Origin: Tubiluchus corallicola
Lineage: Eukaryota > Animalia > Priapulida
Direction of reading: 5' to 3'
NCBI GenBank assembly: GCA_030141605.1
Contig: JAQGDQ010000085.1
Coordinates: 186,001 to 250,000, forward strand
Length of the DNA: 64,000 nt
Every line of letters starts with the position of its first letter. Within the stretch, counting starts at the first letter, position 1. Positions 63,011 to 64,000 of this stretch are shown here, piece after piece. Under the pieces are notes generated by a model, which saw only the letters and a program-made list of their open reading frames with translations, was not told the DNA's origin and made no database searches. The position numbers and the translations under genes are program-made.

Positions 63011-64000
63011 CTATAAAAAATTACAATCAATTTGAATGCGCCACACATAAAGCTATTAATAGTGAGCAGCTTTCTACACAATCAGATATAATGCAGTATG
63101 TCACCAACAATTATGCGTATTAGCTTCACATCTTTCAGTCAAAATAGTCACCAGCATCTATTATTACACACTTGGCACACAGAATTCTATAATGAAACAA
63201 ATCTGCCCTCAAGACAGCTAAACACAACAGTAATCCAGCAAAACACTAGACACTGCTATGGGGCACTGACTTGTCAGCATCACTTCCAAGGAAATGACCA
63301 ATTCAGAGAAAGAAAGCGAGAATAGGAAAGCTTGCTACTAATCACAATCAATTAGGAAAACTCGAGGATCTCACCAAACTAAATTCAGCAATGCTATTAC
63401 ACTTTTAAACCTCCTAGTTTTCACGATCAGGTTTCATGACCAGAAATATGGAGTTTCAAAATAATTAAACCGAATGCCTCGAAATCCTAACCTAAAAATA
63501 AAAAAATCGCCAATATGTCGCGCAAACCCTAGCTTAAAAATTAAGGGATACAAAAATACAACAGCACAAACTTAACTAATTGATATAGCTGTAGACCTGC
63601 AGCACAGCATTTTTTCACGGTTTATGCAATTTTTTAAATTTTTATATGGGGTCAGTCACACAGATGCATAAAATAAGTGTGATTGCTACCTCACATTTGC
63701 AATCTATATCGTTGTAAAGAATGGAAGCAATTATAAACAGCGAAATAGTGTAAAGGGTCGGTATACAGCGAAAAATAGTATGTCTAGGGCTAGTACTCGG
63801 CCCACTAAAATGCTAGCCCATGTATGTAAAAGTAAAACTGAAGCGCACAATTTTTTTAAATCATTTGTTGGAACACGCTTCTAACAAGGAAATGCGCGTT
63901 TCTCTAACAACGCACACAAAGAACATTTTTTTCAAACTGCCAGTATCAGTACTATATTTCTCCACCTACGAAATTTTCCTTTTACTAGAAACTCAAACAA

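Overview
AT-rich, intron-rich eukaryotic DNA, most likely an invertebrate animal (species not determinable from the sequence). Three protein-coding genes were reconstructed exon by exon from GT-AG boundaries with consistent splice phases. (1) A fused NADH-dependent glutamate synthase (GOGAT) on the minus strand: ATG at 34306, 32 coding exons, ~1660 codons in the window, continuing past base 1. (2) A complete CLCC1/MCLC ER chloride-channel-like gene on the plus strand (42635-52515, 9 coding exons, 603 aa). (3) The 3' part of a KDM4 (JMJD2) histone demethylase on the minus strand (63010-56069, 12 exons: post-JmjC, PHD-ZnK-PHD, double Tudor). GOGAT and CLCC1 are divergent; CLCC1 and KDM4 are convergent. 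Introns hold many non-autonomous DNA transposons (pogo/Tigger-, Kolobok- and hAT-type, one nested), tRNA-derived repeats, LINE 3' ends, fold-back palindromes and simple repeats. Best leads: a frame-interdependent chain of candidate micro-exons in the GOGAT alpha/beta linker intron (one carries a stop if used alone), a head-to-head pair of degenerate Penelope-type minimal hammerhead ribozymes, a repeat carrying an internal Pol III tRNA-like cassette, a ~375-bp near-perfect intronic hairpin, and a stop-containing cryptic exon just after the KDM4 JmjC domain. All splicing and RNA-function claims are predictions that need transcript data. No prokaryotic-type system (CRISPR, operon) is evident.
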